The notes beneath the pieces are model-generated. The model saw only the letters and a list, made by a program, of their open reading frames with translations, searched no databases and was not told the origin of the DNA. A program made the position numbers and the translations under genes. Below are positions 39,997-50,182 of a stretch of DNA of 55,754 nucleotides, piece by piece. Each line of letters opens with the position of its first letter. Position 1 is the first letter of the stretch. This stretch comes from Candidatus Omnitrophota bacterium. Its GTDB lineage: Bacteria; Omnitrophota; Gorgyraeia; Aquiviventales; Aquiviventaceae. The stretch covers positions 1 to 55,754 of the forward strand of contig JAHFGX010000003.1 in NCBI GenBank assembly GCA_023247215.1. Reading direction: 5' to 3'.

Positions 39997-40658
39997 CCCC
40001 CCGACACCTGATGCCAACCCACCCCCGCTTCTCAGACCGCGCGGGGTTGTCGCTCCTGGAGTTGTTGATTGCCGGGACCTTAGGGCTGGTGGTCATTCTC
40101 GCACTCAGCCAAACCGACGTGAGCCGGGTGCGGCTGGGCGACCGGATCAGTGAAGCCGTCTTCCGCCATGCCGATGCGCGCAGCGCCATCGGGCACGTGG
40201 TAAAGCGGCTGGAAGCCGCGGATCGCGTCATCTTGCTGGATGCCAGCAATGCCGCCTGCCAGTCGAGCTGCGTCTCCGTGCAACTTCGGATCCCTCCGAC
40301 TGATCCAACGCAGCTGGACACTGCGGCCAGTTATCAGTGGGTGCAGTATAAGCGGGATGCGACCAGCAACGAGCTTCGATATTACAGCCCCGCCTCCTCC
40401 TGTGCCATCGCGCTGAGCTTCAAGGATGTGACCGGTTTCACGCTCAGCTACGAGAACCAGAGCCCCGCACCGCCTGGTGGGGAACCGATGGGAGTCAGCG
40501 ACAGCAATCTGGTGCAAGTGAGCCTGGTTGCGACTGATCCGAAGACAGGCGACACGACGACCTTTCCAGCTTCGGTGACGATTCGGGGGGCTGGGTATAC
40601 CAATGTATCCAGCGGGTTGTCGGAAGCGGGTCCGCAGCCTCCGGCGCCGTGTTCGTAA
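39993..40658 (+). CDS. PilW/GspJ-like minor pilin
   Basis: AG-LSLLELLIA; ATGA overlap with the upstream stop. Confidence 0.8.
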   Translation: MTPRHLMPTHPRFSDRAGLSLLELLIAGTLGLVVILALSQTDVSRVRLGDRISEAVFRHADARSAIGHVVKRLEAADRVILLDASNAACQSSCVSVQLRIPPTDPTQLDTAASYQWVQYKRDATSNELRYYSPASSCAIALSFKDVTGFTLSYENQSPAPPGGEPMGVSDSNLVQVSLVATDPKTGDTTTFPASVTIRGAGYTNVSSGLSEAGPQPPAPCS

Positions 40659-40692
40659 CGCGACGATGAGATCAGCCTAAGGATATCTAGCC

Positions 40693-42369
40693 ATGGCGCG
40701 GCAGGGTGTCAGCTTGGTGATCAGGCCTGGAACGGTGGAAGTCATCCAGGCCGTCCAAGGCCTCCAGGGGATTCGCGTGACCCACGCGACCCGCGTGTCG
40801 GTGAAGGGATCTGACGATGCGCACATGGTGGAGGCCATCAGCACCGCCTTGGATCTGGCCCATGTCAAGACGCGAAGCGGGATTGGCGTCTGCCTGGCTG
40901 CGCAGGATGTCCTCCTCCGGTTCTTTACCATCCCGCTCCTGCCGAAACCGGAGTGGACCAATGCCATCCAGTTTGAAGCGCGCAAATATGTACCGTTCAA
41001 AACATCTGACTTGATTTGGTGTTATCAAGCGGTCGAGCAGCGGGCGGCCAGTCAATTGGCGGTGGTGTTCACGGCCATCCGCAAGGATGCGTTTGAGCGG
41101 CTGCAGGGGTGGCTCAGCCAAGCGGACGTTCAGGCGACCTTCATCGAAGGGCAGAGCTCCAGCTTGGCGCGGGCGGTTGCGAATGTCCAATCAGCGCGTT
41201 CCGCCGAAGTTGTTGCAGCCATTGATGTGGATGAGGCGGCTAGCGTCGCGCATGTGATCATCCTCAAGGGCGATTTGCTCTATCTGGCGCGCGACATTAA
41301 TTTGACAGCCCGGGCCGGGGGCGAGCCAGCGTTGATGGAGCCCTCGCCGGAGGCGGCTGCCCCCACGGTGGGAGAAGGAGCGGCAAGTTTTGACCAGGGA
41401 TCGGAGACAGAACGTGCGCCGGAGACGGCCTCCTCCAACGAAGACCATCGAGTGGAGCGGCTGCTGGGAGAGATCCGACTGTCCCTTGATTTCTTTGCGC
41501 GGGAGCATCCCGGCTTGGCATTATCTCGCGTGGTCCTGTTCGGGGATGCGCATACCGTGCAGCCCTGGAGTGTCTGGCTAAGCGAGCAGTTGCATTGCCC
41601 GGTTGAGGTCGGCGCGCTCCCCCTGGCAACGCCGCGCGGCCAATCCATGTCATTGGAGTATGCCTCTGCCTTAGGGACCATGCTGCGGCAGTTTAAGCCC
41701 GCGCCCACCCAATGCAACTTCTTGGTGTCAGCAAAATCAGTGGCTCCTCGCGTGACCGTGACGTTAAGCCGCGGCCTCAACCCGCAAGAGGCTCGGGTGA
41801 TCCTCAAAGCCATGACGAAGCCGCTGGCGATTCAGAGTGTTGTAGCCGCCATTGGGCTGGGTGTCCTCTGGTACGTCGTCCGGCAGAATGTGGCGACGGC
41901 GCACGCGCAGTTGGCGGCGGCCAAACAGCAACAACATGAGATGAAGTGGAAATTGGATGCTCGGAGCCAAGAGGAATTGGCGGCGCTCCAGCAACAAGCC
42001 CAGCAGCGGATCGGCGTCTTGAGGGGTCTGGTTGATGACCGGGTGATTGTCACCGAAAAACTGGACGCCCTCGCGCGCGCCTTGCCGGATGGCATTTGGT
42101 TGGAGGGATTCCGCTACGACAATCGTTTTCTGGATCAGACCAGAACCGAGACCTCGTTGACCATCCGGGGCGCATGTTTTCTGCCGGAAGAAAAGAGCAC
42201 GGAGTTGTCAGTTATTGGAGAGTTCACGAGCCGCGTCCGGCGCGATCCGAGGTTCTTCAACGGATTCACCAGCGCTCAGTTGGGAGAAATTTCCGTCAAG
42301 GAAGACAATCCGCGCTATACGTATCGAACGTTTAAGCTGAACTGCAGCAGCTCAGGGAAGCGACTCTAA
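40693..42369 (+). CDS. PilM-PilN fusion (GspL-like architecture)
   Basis: PilM-like AIQFEARKYVPF and EIRLSLDFF...VVLFG, one TM segment, then PilN-like KLDALARALPDGIWL...LTIRG. Confidence 0.75.
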   Translation: MARQGVSLVIRPGTVEVIQAVQGLQGIRVTHATRVSVKGSDDAHMVEAISTALDLAHVKTRSGIGVCLAAQDVLLRFFTIPLLPKPEWTNAIQFEARKYVPFKTSDLIWCYQAVEQRAASQLAVVFTAIRKDAFERLQGWLSQADVQATFIEGQSSSLARAVANVQSARSAEVVAAIDVDEAASVAHVIILKGDLLYLARDINLTARAGGEPALMEPSPEAAAPTVGEGAASFDQGSETERAPETASSNEDHRVERLLGEIRLSLDFFAREHPGLALSRVVLFGDAHTVQPWSVWLSEQLHCPVEVGALPLATPRGQSMSLEYASALGTMLRQFKPAPTQCNFLVSAKSVAPRVTVTLSRGLNPQEARVILKAMTKPLAIQSVVAAIGLGVLWYVVRQNVATAHAQLAAAKQQQHEMKWKLDARSQEELAALQQQAQQRIGVLRGLVDDRVIVTEKLDALARALPDGIWLEGFRYDNRFLDQTRTETSLTIRGACFLPEEKSTELSVIGEFTSRVRRDPRFFNGFTSAQLGEISVKEDNPRYTYRTFKLNCSSSGKRL

Positions 42370-42385
42370 GGATGCTCACACCTAC

Positions 42386-42898
42386 ATGAACCCGGCGTTG
42401 ATTTCCGGCATCATTGTGCTTGCATTGGCCGCACGGGTAGGATACGTTAATATCTATCTCTCAGGGCAAGAGGAGGTTCGGCACGTTCGTGAAGAGCAGC
42501 ATCGGCTGGAGGAGTTTCAAAACTTGCGGCTGCAAGTGGCCTCGGCTCTCGACCGAGCAGAGCATCTTCGCACAAAATTTGGCCAGAAAGCCGAACCAGA
42601 TGGGCTAATGCAAGAAGTGGACCGATTAGCCCAGAAGGTAGGCGTTCAGTTGGGCAGAATCGGGCCAGAACAAACGCGGGAAGCCAGCGGGTTCCTGTAT
42701 CTGGCCATTTCCTTGGAGGTGACCTGCACGTATCACGAATTGGGCCGCTTTCTGAGCGAGATCGAAAGCTCTGACACCTTCTTTATCCGGGTGGATGAGC
42801 TGGATGTGTCCCGGATCGTCGATCCCCAGGGCTTGGCGGCGACCAAGCTGGTGCTTAGTACGCTGTATGTGCCGCCGTTACTCGAGCCGCAGGGTTGA
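42386..42898 (+). CDS. PilO/GspM-like alignment protein
   Basis: N-terminal TM, coiled coil, TYHELGRFLSEIES. Confidence 0.78.
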   Translation: MNPALISGIIVLALAARVGYVNIYLSGQEEVRHVREEQHRLEEFQNLRLQVASALDRAEHLRTKFGQKAEPDGLMQEVDRLAQKVGVQLGRIGPEQTREASGFLYLAISLEVTCTYHELGRFLSEIESSDTFFIRVDELDVSRIVDPQGLAATKLVLSTLYVPPLLEPQG

Positions 42899-42900
42899 GC

Positions 42901-43545
42901 ATGGACCCGCAGCAAAAGGCGAAGTTGCAGAAGGTTGCCATGGTGCCGTTGGTTGGCGTGTTCGCCGTCGCGCTGTTGAATTCGCTTCGGAGCGCCGGCC
43001 TGCTGAGCAGGCCGCCCGCCGCTTCCCTCACCGCTGCGCCCGTCGTATCTGCGCCCACCGCGCCTGCCCCCACCGCGTCACGAACGCCTGCGCTGGAGAA
43101 AACGTCCGGGAAAGCCTCCGGGCCGCCCGCCGCGGCTGCCGCGAAGGTCGACGGCGATGCGGCGCGCATTCCCTATACGGCGGAAGCTGATGGGATCCGC
43201 GATCCTTTTGTGGATCTCCTGCCTTCCGACGCGCCGGTCGTCGCCGAAGTCCAGGCCCCTGCGCCCACTCCCGTGGTCTGGCCCACCGTGGTTCTTCAAG
43301 GCATTATCTGGGAAGCGAAGGCCCCTCACGTCATTATTGATGGCCAAATCTACCGTACAGGAGACACGGTGCAGGGCATGCGGGTTGTTTCTATTACTCG
43401 AACCGGAGTGACCGTGGAAATGCAAGGATCCAGGACCCAACTCATGATGTCCAACTCACAACCCCAGATGGCGTCTCCACAAGGGCAGGCGACCGGGCTG
43501 GCGTCGCCTTATCCGCCGTCTCGATTTCCCGGAGGTGAACGATGA
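42901..43545 (+). CDS. PilP/GspB-like protein
   Basis: N-terminal TM, Pro/Ala linker, RDPF, LQGIIW...IIDGQIYRTGD; alternative TTG start at 42895. Confidence 0.65.
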   Translation: MDPQQKAKLQKVAMVPLVGVFAVALLNSLRSAGLLSRPPAASLTAAPVVSAPTAPAPTASRTPALEKTSGKASGPPAAAAAKVDGDAARIPYTAEADGIRDPFVDLLPSDAPVVAEVQAPAPTPVVWPTVVLQGIIWEAKAPHVIIDGQIYRTGDTVQGMRVVSITRTGVTVEMQGSRTQLMMSNSQPQMASPQGQATGLASPYPPSRFPGGER

Positions 43546-45248
43546 GGTTGCGCGTCTGGTCAATGGCAGTCGCGACTGCCCTGGTGATCGTTGGAGGAGA
43601 AGCGGCCTACTCGGATTCTGATTCGGCGGCGCCGGCGCAAGGTGAAGAGCAGCCGCACGCGAGCATCACGGTTTCGACCCCGGCTTCGACCTCATCGGAT
43701 GCGTCTTCGAAATCGGAGTCTGCTTCGGAAGAAACCGTGCGTCTGTCCATGAACTTCCAGGACGTTGCGCTGAAAGACGTGTTGAAGGCGTTTTCCCAAC
43801 AAACCGGCATCAATTTAATTGCTAGCGAAGAGGTCGAGGACCGAAAAATTACGCTCTACTTGGAGGATGTCACCGCACTAGATGCACTGGATCAAATCCT
43901 CCGGGTTTCGAATCTCACCTATGAGCGCCCCGCCGGGAGCCAAATTTATGTCGTCAAGCCGAAGCCGGAAGGCGCGGAGGCTGGGGTTGTCGCCACGATT
44001 ACCCGTGTCTACCGGATGAAATATGCCCGGGTCTCCAACTCCCGCTTGGCGCAGCAAGCCAATTCAACACTGAGCGCCTTGGGGAGCGGGGGTGGGGGCA
44101 GCGGAGGGAGTTCCGGAGAATCGTCCTCTTCATCTTCATCCGGTTCATCCGGCGGCTCCAGTTCAAGCTCAAGCTCAGGGGGCGGCGGTGAGGGAGGCGG
44201 CGGGGAAGGGATTGATACGGTGATTGGAAAGCTGCTGACGGAAGATGGGAAGGTGATGGTGGACGGCCGAACGAACAGCTTGATCGTCACCGATGTTCCC
44301 ACCAATTTTCCGCGCGTCGAGGCCGCTATTGCCAGCTTGGACGTGAAAACCTCCCAGCTTCTCATCGAGGTGGAGCTCATCGAAACGTCGCTCTCCAAGC
44401 TCAAGGATTTAGGGATCGAATGGGGAACCGGTTCGGAAGGCAATATGCTCAAATTCATTCCCGGCCAGAAGTCCACGCAGTTTCCGTTTGTGTTTGTGCG
44501 GGAACAGTCGCAAACATTTCTTTCGGCCCAGAGCGGATTGACGAGCGCCACCAAGCCAGGGCAAATCGCGCTGGGGACGGTGGATGCCTCGCAGATGACG
44601 GCGATCCTCCAGGCCATTCAGAGCGACTCGGACACCAGGATTCTGGCGCGGCCGAAGGTGCTGACCTTGGACAACGAAAGCGCCGTGATTCGCATGACGA
44701 CGAACCAGGCTATCGGCTTTCTGACTACCAATCAGGCCACCACCGGGACCACCTCCGCTGCCCCGGAGCGGGCGCCGACCGGCGTGCTCCTCGTGGTGAC
44801 GCCGCAGATCAACCAGGACGGCTATGTGACAATGCTGGTCGAGCCATCGGTGACCAAGGCCACGACGTCTCAAGTCACCCCGCCGTCCGCCGTCGGCGGC
44901 ACCATTCGTGATACCAAGACTCGCAGCGCCCGGGCGCTTGTTCGGGTGCGCAATGCGGAAACCCTGGTCCTGGGGGGGCTGATTGACCGCACCCAAGAGC
45001 ATGTGGTGCAGCGAGTGCCCTTCCTCTCCGATATCCCGCTGATCGGCGGGGCATTTAAGGATACTGAAATCACGGATACCGAAAGCGAGCTGATTGTGTT
45101 TATCACGCCCAGAATTTTGTCGGAGCGCTATGGCGAGTGGATGGCCTCCACCGCCATACCGATGGCGGCGCGGGAGCAGGCCCCGACAGCTTCACGCCAA
45201 GAACTCATCGAACAAACGCTGAATCGCTTGGAGCAATCTCAGTTTTAG
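43542..45248 (+). CDS. Outer-membrane secretin (PilQ/GspD family)
   Basis: Signal peptide, LSMNFQDVALKDVL, DGRTNSLIV, ARPKVLTLDN, VTPQIN, VLGGLI, VPFLSDIPLIG, ELIVFITPRI. Confidence 0.92.
   Translation: MRLRVWSMAVATALVIVGGEAAYSDSDSAAPAQGEEQPHASITVSTPASTSSDASSKSESASEETVRLSMNFQDVALKDVLKAFSQQTGINLIASEEVEDRKITLYLEDVTALDALDQILRVSNLTYERPAGSQIYVVKPKPEGAEAGVVATITRVYRMKYARVSNSRLAQQANSTLSALGSGGGGSGGSSGESSSSSSSGSSGGSSSSSSSGGGGEGGGGEGIDTVIGKLLTEDGKVMVDGRTNSLIVTDVPTNFPRVEAAIASLDVKTSQLLIEVELIETSLSKLKDLGIEWGTGSEGNMLKFIPGQKSTQFPFVFVREQSQTFLSAQSGLTSATKPGQIALGTVDASQMTAILQAIQSDSDTRILARPKVLTLDNESAVIRMTTNQAIGFLTTNQATTGTTSAAPERAPTGVLLVVTPQINQDGYVTMLVEPSVTKATTSQVTPPSAVGGTIRDTKTRSARALVRVRNAETLVLGGLIDRTQEHVVQRVPFLSDIPLIGGAFKDTEITDTESELIVFITPRILSERYGEWMASTAIPMAAREQAPTASRQELIEQTLNRLEQSQF
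44080..44210 (+). repeat. Gly/Ser low-complexity coding tract inside the secretin
   Basis: Encodes GSGGGGSGGSSGESSSSSSSGSSGGSSSSSSSGGGGEGGGGEG; boundaries approximate. Confidence 0.8.
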
Positions 45249-45333
45249 CTCAGTGATGGACACAGGATCACGATTACCTCTCCTTGAGCAGACGGCTCAG
45301 GGAATCTGGAGGCCGCGTCGAGGCGTGATGCCG

Positions 45334-47039
<1,706 letters not shown>

Positions 47040-47040
<1 letters not shown>

Positions 47041-48272
47041 TGCCCACCTTCCTGTATGCCGCGCGCGATCGAAGCGGCCTGGTCCAGACGGGCCATGTGG
47101 ATGCGGCCACGGAAGACGAAGTGCTGTCGGTGTTGCAAAGCCGAGGGCTGTTCGTCACGTCGGTGTCCCGGAAAGACCTTACCGCGGCCGGAGGGACGGC
47201 TTCAGGCGCGCAGCTAAAGCGCAAGCTGCATGGCCGCGTGACGACGGAAGATAAAACGATGTTCTGCGAGCAGCTTGCCACGCTGTTGGAAGCCGGGGTG
47301 CCATTATTGAGGAGCCTGCAAATCCTTTGTGACCAAGTGGAGAGCCGCCCTTTGTTGATCGCCTTGCAGGGCATTCGGCGCGACATTGAAGGCGGCAAAA
47401 CCTTCCACGAAGCTGTTGCCAAGTACCCCAAGATTTTTTCGCCGTTTTGGGTCAACGTGATCGAGACGGGGGAAGCCAGCGGGCGGCTGTTCCAGGCCAT
47501 GACCCAGCTCGTCCAATATTTGAAAACCGCTGGGGAATTGCAACGCAAAGCCGTGACGGCATTTACGTACCCTGCCGTGTTGATTGTGGCAGCGATCGGG
47601 GCCTTGTTTATTTTTGCGCTCAAGATCATCCCCATTTTCAGCGGCATGTTCAAGAGCATGAACGTCCAGTTGCCGTGGTTGACGCAGGTAATCATTTCCT
47701 TCAGCGAAGTGCTCCAGCACTATTTCCTCGTGATTGTGGTGGGCACGGCAGGGCTTGTCTACGCCGGTAAACGGGTCCTGCAGTCGGAGCCGGGACGGTG
47801 GGCGATGGATCGGCTCCTGTTGAAGCTTCCGGTGTTTAGCCCCTTGTTCACTCAAATGGAGCTGGCGCAATTTTCGCGCGGGTTGAGTTCATTATTGGAC
47901 AGCGGCGTGCCGATTCTGTTGGGGTTGGACATCATGCAGAAGAGCGCGACGAATAAGGTCTACGGCAAAGCCTTTGGAGAAATCCGAGACCACGTGCGCG
48001 AGGGGCGCCCGATGGCCCAACCGATGCAACAGGCGGGACTGTTTCCCGCGCTCATGGTCCAGATGATCCAGGTGGGCGAAGAGATCGGTGAGTTAGGAAA
48101 AATGCTGAATAAAATTGCCGTCTATTACGAGGCGCGGGTCAACGTGTTCATTGAGCGCTTGACGATCTTGTTTGAGCCAATTGCGATTATTTTCATGGCG
48201 GTGGTGGTGGGCACGCTGGTCGTGGCGATGTTCCTGCCCATCTTTAGCATGACGCAAATGACTGGGCACTAA
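47040..48272 (+). CDS. pilC: Inner-membrane platform protein (PilC/GspF)
   Basis: QLATLLEAGVP, GEASGRL, FTYP, LLDSGVP, VGEEIGEL, FEP, MFLPIF. Confidence 0.92.
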
Positions 48273-48285
48273 CAGACACATCAGG

Positions 48286-48306
48286 TATAATTTAAGGTAG
48301 TATAAT
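48286..48306 (+). promoter_or_regulatory. Tandem -10 boxes upstream of the major pilin
   Basis: TATAAT at 48286-48291 and at 48301-48306 in an AT-rich gap. Confidence 0.6.
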
Positions 48307-48428
48307 TCTCTCCAAGCATATCGAAAGGGGGTGAGGCAAGGCAAACGGGTCAGCATCGGGATGCGGAAAGTCGTGTGTTGGCTGTCTTCGTTCTTATCTA
48401 TCATGGTTATCTGACAAAGGAGTGCCTG

Positions 48429-48824
48429 ATGCGTCACCAACGTGGTTTTACGCTCCTTGAGCTTCTCATGGTCGTCATCGTCATCGGCATCTTGGCCTCG
48501 ATCGGCCTGCCGCAGTACCTGCGGGTCACCGAACGGGTGCGCGGGGTGGAAGCCATTCAAGTCTTGGGGTCGATTCGAGCCGCCCAAGGCCGCTACCGGG
48601 CCCAATCGTCCGGCGGCGCCTTTGCGACCGCGATCACCGACCTGGACACCGACGCGCCGACGATGAAGTACTGGGACACCCCCGCGGTGGGCAACTTCAA
48701 TGGGACCAGCATGCAGTTGAAGCGGACCGGCGGGACCTACGCCACGAACGTGCTGGGGATCAACTGGAGCACCGGGGATTTGTGCGGGAACTTTGTGCCG
48801 CAGGGCGGCCTCAGCGGGTGTTGA
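48429..48824 (+). CDS. Type IV major pilin, copy 1
   Basis: AAGGAG Shine-Dalgarno; MRHQRG-FTLLELLMVVIVIGILASIGLPQY; C-terminal Cys pair. Confidence 0.9.
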   Translation: MRHQRGFTLLELLMVVIVIGILASIGLPQYLRVTERVRGVEAIQVLGSIRAAQGRYRAQSSGGAFATAITDLDTDAPTMKYWDTPAVGNFNGTSMQLKRTGGTYATNVLGINWSTGDLCGNFVPQGGLSGC

Positions 48825-49291
48825 GGGACGGGGGTGTGAAGGCGGGGGTCTCCACCCTGCGCTCGAAGGTGCCAGGCGGTGTCGGGAAGGGCCTGCGCAG
48901 CTCGAGCGCAGGGTTTACGTTGCTTGAGCTCCTCATGGTCGTCATCGTCATCGGCATCTTGGCTTCCATCGGCCTGCCGCAGTACCTGCGGGTCACCGAA
49001 CGGGTGCGCGGGGTGGAAGCCATTCAAGTCTTGGGGTCGCTTCGAGTCGCCCAAGGCCGCTACCGGGCCCAATCGGCCAGCGGCGCCTTTGCGCTCGCGA
49101 TCACCGACCTGGACACCGACGCGCCGACGATGAAGTACTGGGACACCCCCGCGGCGGCCAACTTCAATGGGACCAGCATGCGGTTGAAGCGGACCAGCGG
49201 GACCTACAGCTCGAACGTGCTGGGGATCAGCTGGAGCACCGGGGATTTGTGCGGGAACTTTGTGCCGCAGGGCGGCCTCAGCGCGTGTCCG
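48447..49291 (+). repeat. Tandem duplication of the mature pilin coding sequence
   Basis: 48447-48821 aligns ungapped to 48914-49288 (offset 467 nt). Confidence 0.95.
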
Positions 49292-49294
49292 TAA
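48836..49294 (+). CDS. Type IV major pilin, copy 2 (start uncertain)
   Basis: AG-FTLLELLMVV; near-identical to copy 1; in-frame GTG starts at 48836 or 48869, no ATG leader. Confidence 0.8.
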   Translation: MKAGVSTLRSKVPGGVGKGLRSSSAGFTLLELLMVVIVIGILASIGLPQYLRVTERVRGVEAIQVLGSLRVAQGRYRAQSASGAFALAITDLDTDAPTMKYWDTPAAANFNGTSMRLKRTSGTYSSNVLGISWSTGDLCGNFVPQGGLSACP

Positions 49295-49340
49295 GCGGTT
49301 TTTCTGCCATTTGCGCATGGGTTCTGTGACACGGTTTTTA

Positions 49341-49413
49341 GGGGCAGTAGCTCAGCTGGGAGAGCGCGACAATCGCACTGTCGAGGCCCGGGGTTCGATC
49401 CCCCGCTGCTCCA
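49341..49413 (+). tRNA. tRNA-Ala (anticodon CGC), CCA not encoded
   Basis: Acceptor stem GGGGCAG/CTGCTCC with G3-U70, D-stem GCTC/GAGC, anticodon stem CGACA/TGTCG with loop ATCGCAC, T-loop TTCGATC. Confidence 0.95.
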
Positions 49414-49444
49414 GTTCTCCGCACCATCTACTGTTTCGCTTCGC

Positions 49445-50182
49445 GTGCGCCGCTTCGTAATTACTCCTGCCTGCATCAAGGGCGAAACGATTACCCTTGA
49501 TGACCCGAAAGAAATTCACCACCTCTCCCGTGTGCTGCGATTGGCTGTCGGGGATCGGGTTCTCTGCCTCGATGGGCAGGGGCGAGAGTATGCAGGAGTG
49601 ATTGTCCAACAAACGTTCCAACAGGTTCTCATTCACGTGGACCAGCCCCCTCGCGAGGTTTCTGCCACGCGGCTACTCTGGCTGGGGCAGGCGCTGTTGA
49701 AACACGATCGGTTTGAGTGGGTGGTCCAAAAAGCCACGGAGTTAGGCGTATCAACCATTACCCCGCTGGTGACAGCCCGCGTGATCCCTGTTCTCCTCCC
49801 TCGGCAAGCGTCACTGAAACTGGCGCGATGGCGCCGGATTGCCCAGGAAGCTGCAAAGCAGTGTGGGCGAGCCACCATCCCCTTCATCGAGCCTCCGTGT
49901 CCGTTTGAAGACGTAGTGCCGAGAATGATTGGTGAAGGGGTGGTGTTGATTCCCACGCTGGTCACCACCGCCGTGCCGATTCGAACTGTGCTGGAGGCCA
50001 ATCGTGACCCAGGGGCGGTGGCTGTCGTCATCGGCCCGGAGGGAGATTTCACGTCGGCAGAAGTCGCCCAGGCCCAAGTCCATGGTGCCCGGCCGGTCTC
50101 GTTAGGATCGCGAACGCTCCGGGCGGAAACTGCGGCCATTGCCAGCCTGGCGATGGTGAGCTACGCATTAGGGGAAGCGTGA
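49445..50182 (+). CDS. rsmE: 16S rRNA m3U1498 methyltransferase
   Basis: HHLSRVLRL, QKATELGV, EAAKQCGR, IGPEGDF, LGSRTLRAETA. Confidence 0.95.
   Translation: MRRFVITPACIKGETITLDDPKEIHHLSRVLRLAVGDRVLCLDGQGREYAGVIVQQTFQQVLIHVDQPPREVSATRLLWLGQALLKHDRFEWVVQKATELGVSTITPLVTARVIPVLLPRQASLKLARWRRIAQEAAKQCGRATIPFIEPPCPFEDVVPRMIGEGVVLIPTLVTTAVPIRTVLEANRDPGAVAVVIGPEGDFTSAEVAQAQVHGARPVSLGSRTLRAETAAIASLAMVSYALGEA

Noticed and set aside
48335-48400. Second c-di-GMP-I riboswitch upstream of pilin 1 (AAGGCAAACGG...GCGGAAAG)
   Set aside because: The GC/GC base of P2 does not pair, and no P3 or ACCGA 3' element is present; at most a decayed resemblance
48447-49291. Pilin repeat pair as the template and variable repeats of a diversity-generating retroelement
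   Set aside because: Mismatches are not adenine-specific in either direction (C>T, T>G, T>C and G>C occur), and no reverse transcriptase is in the window
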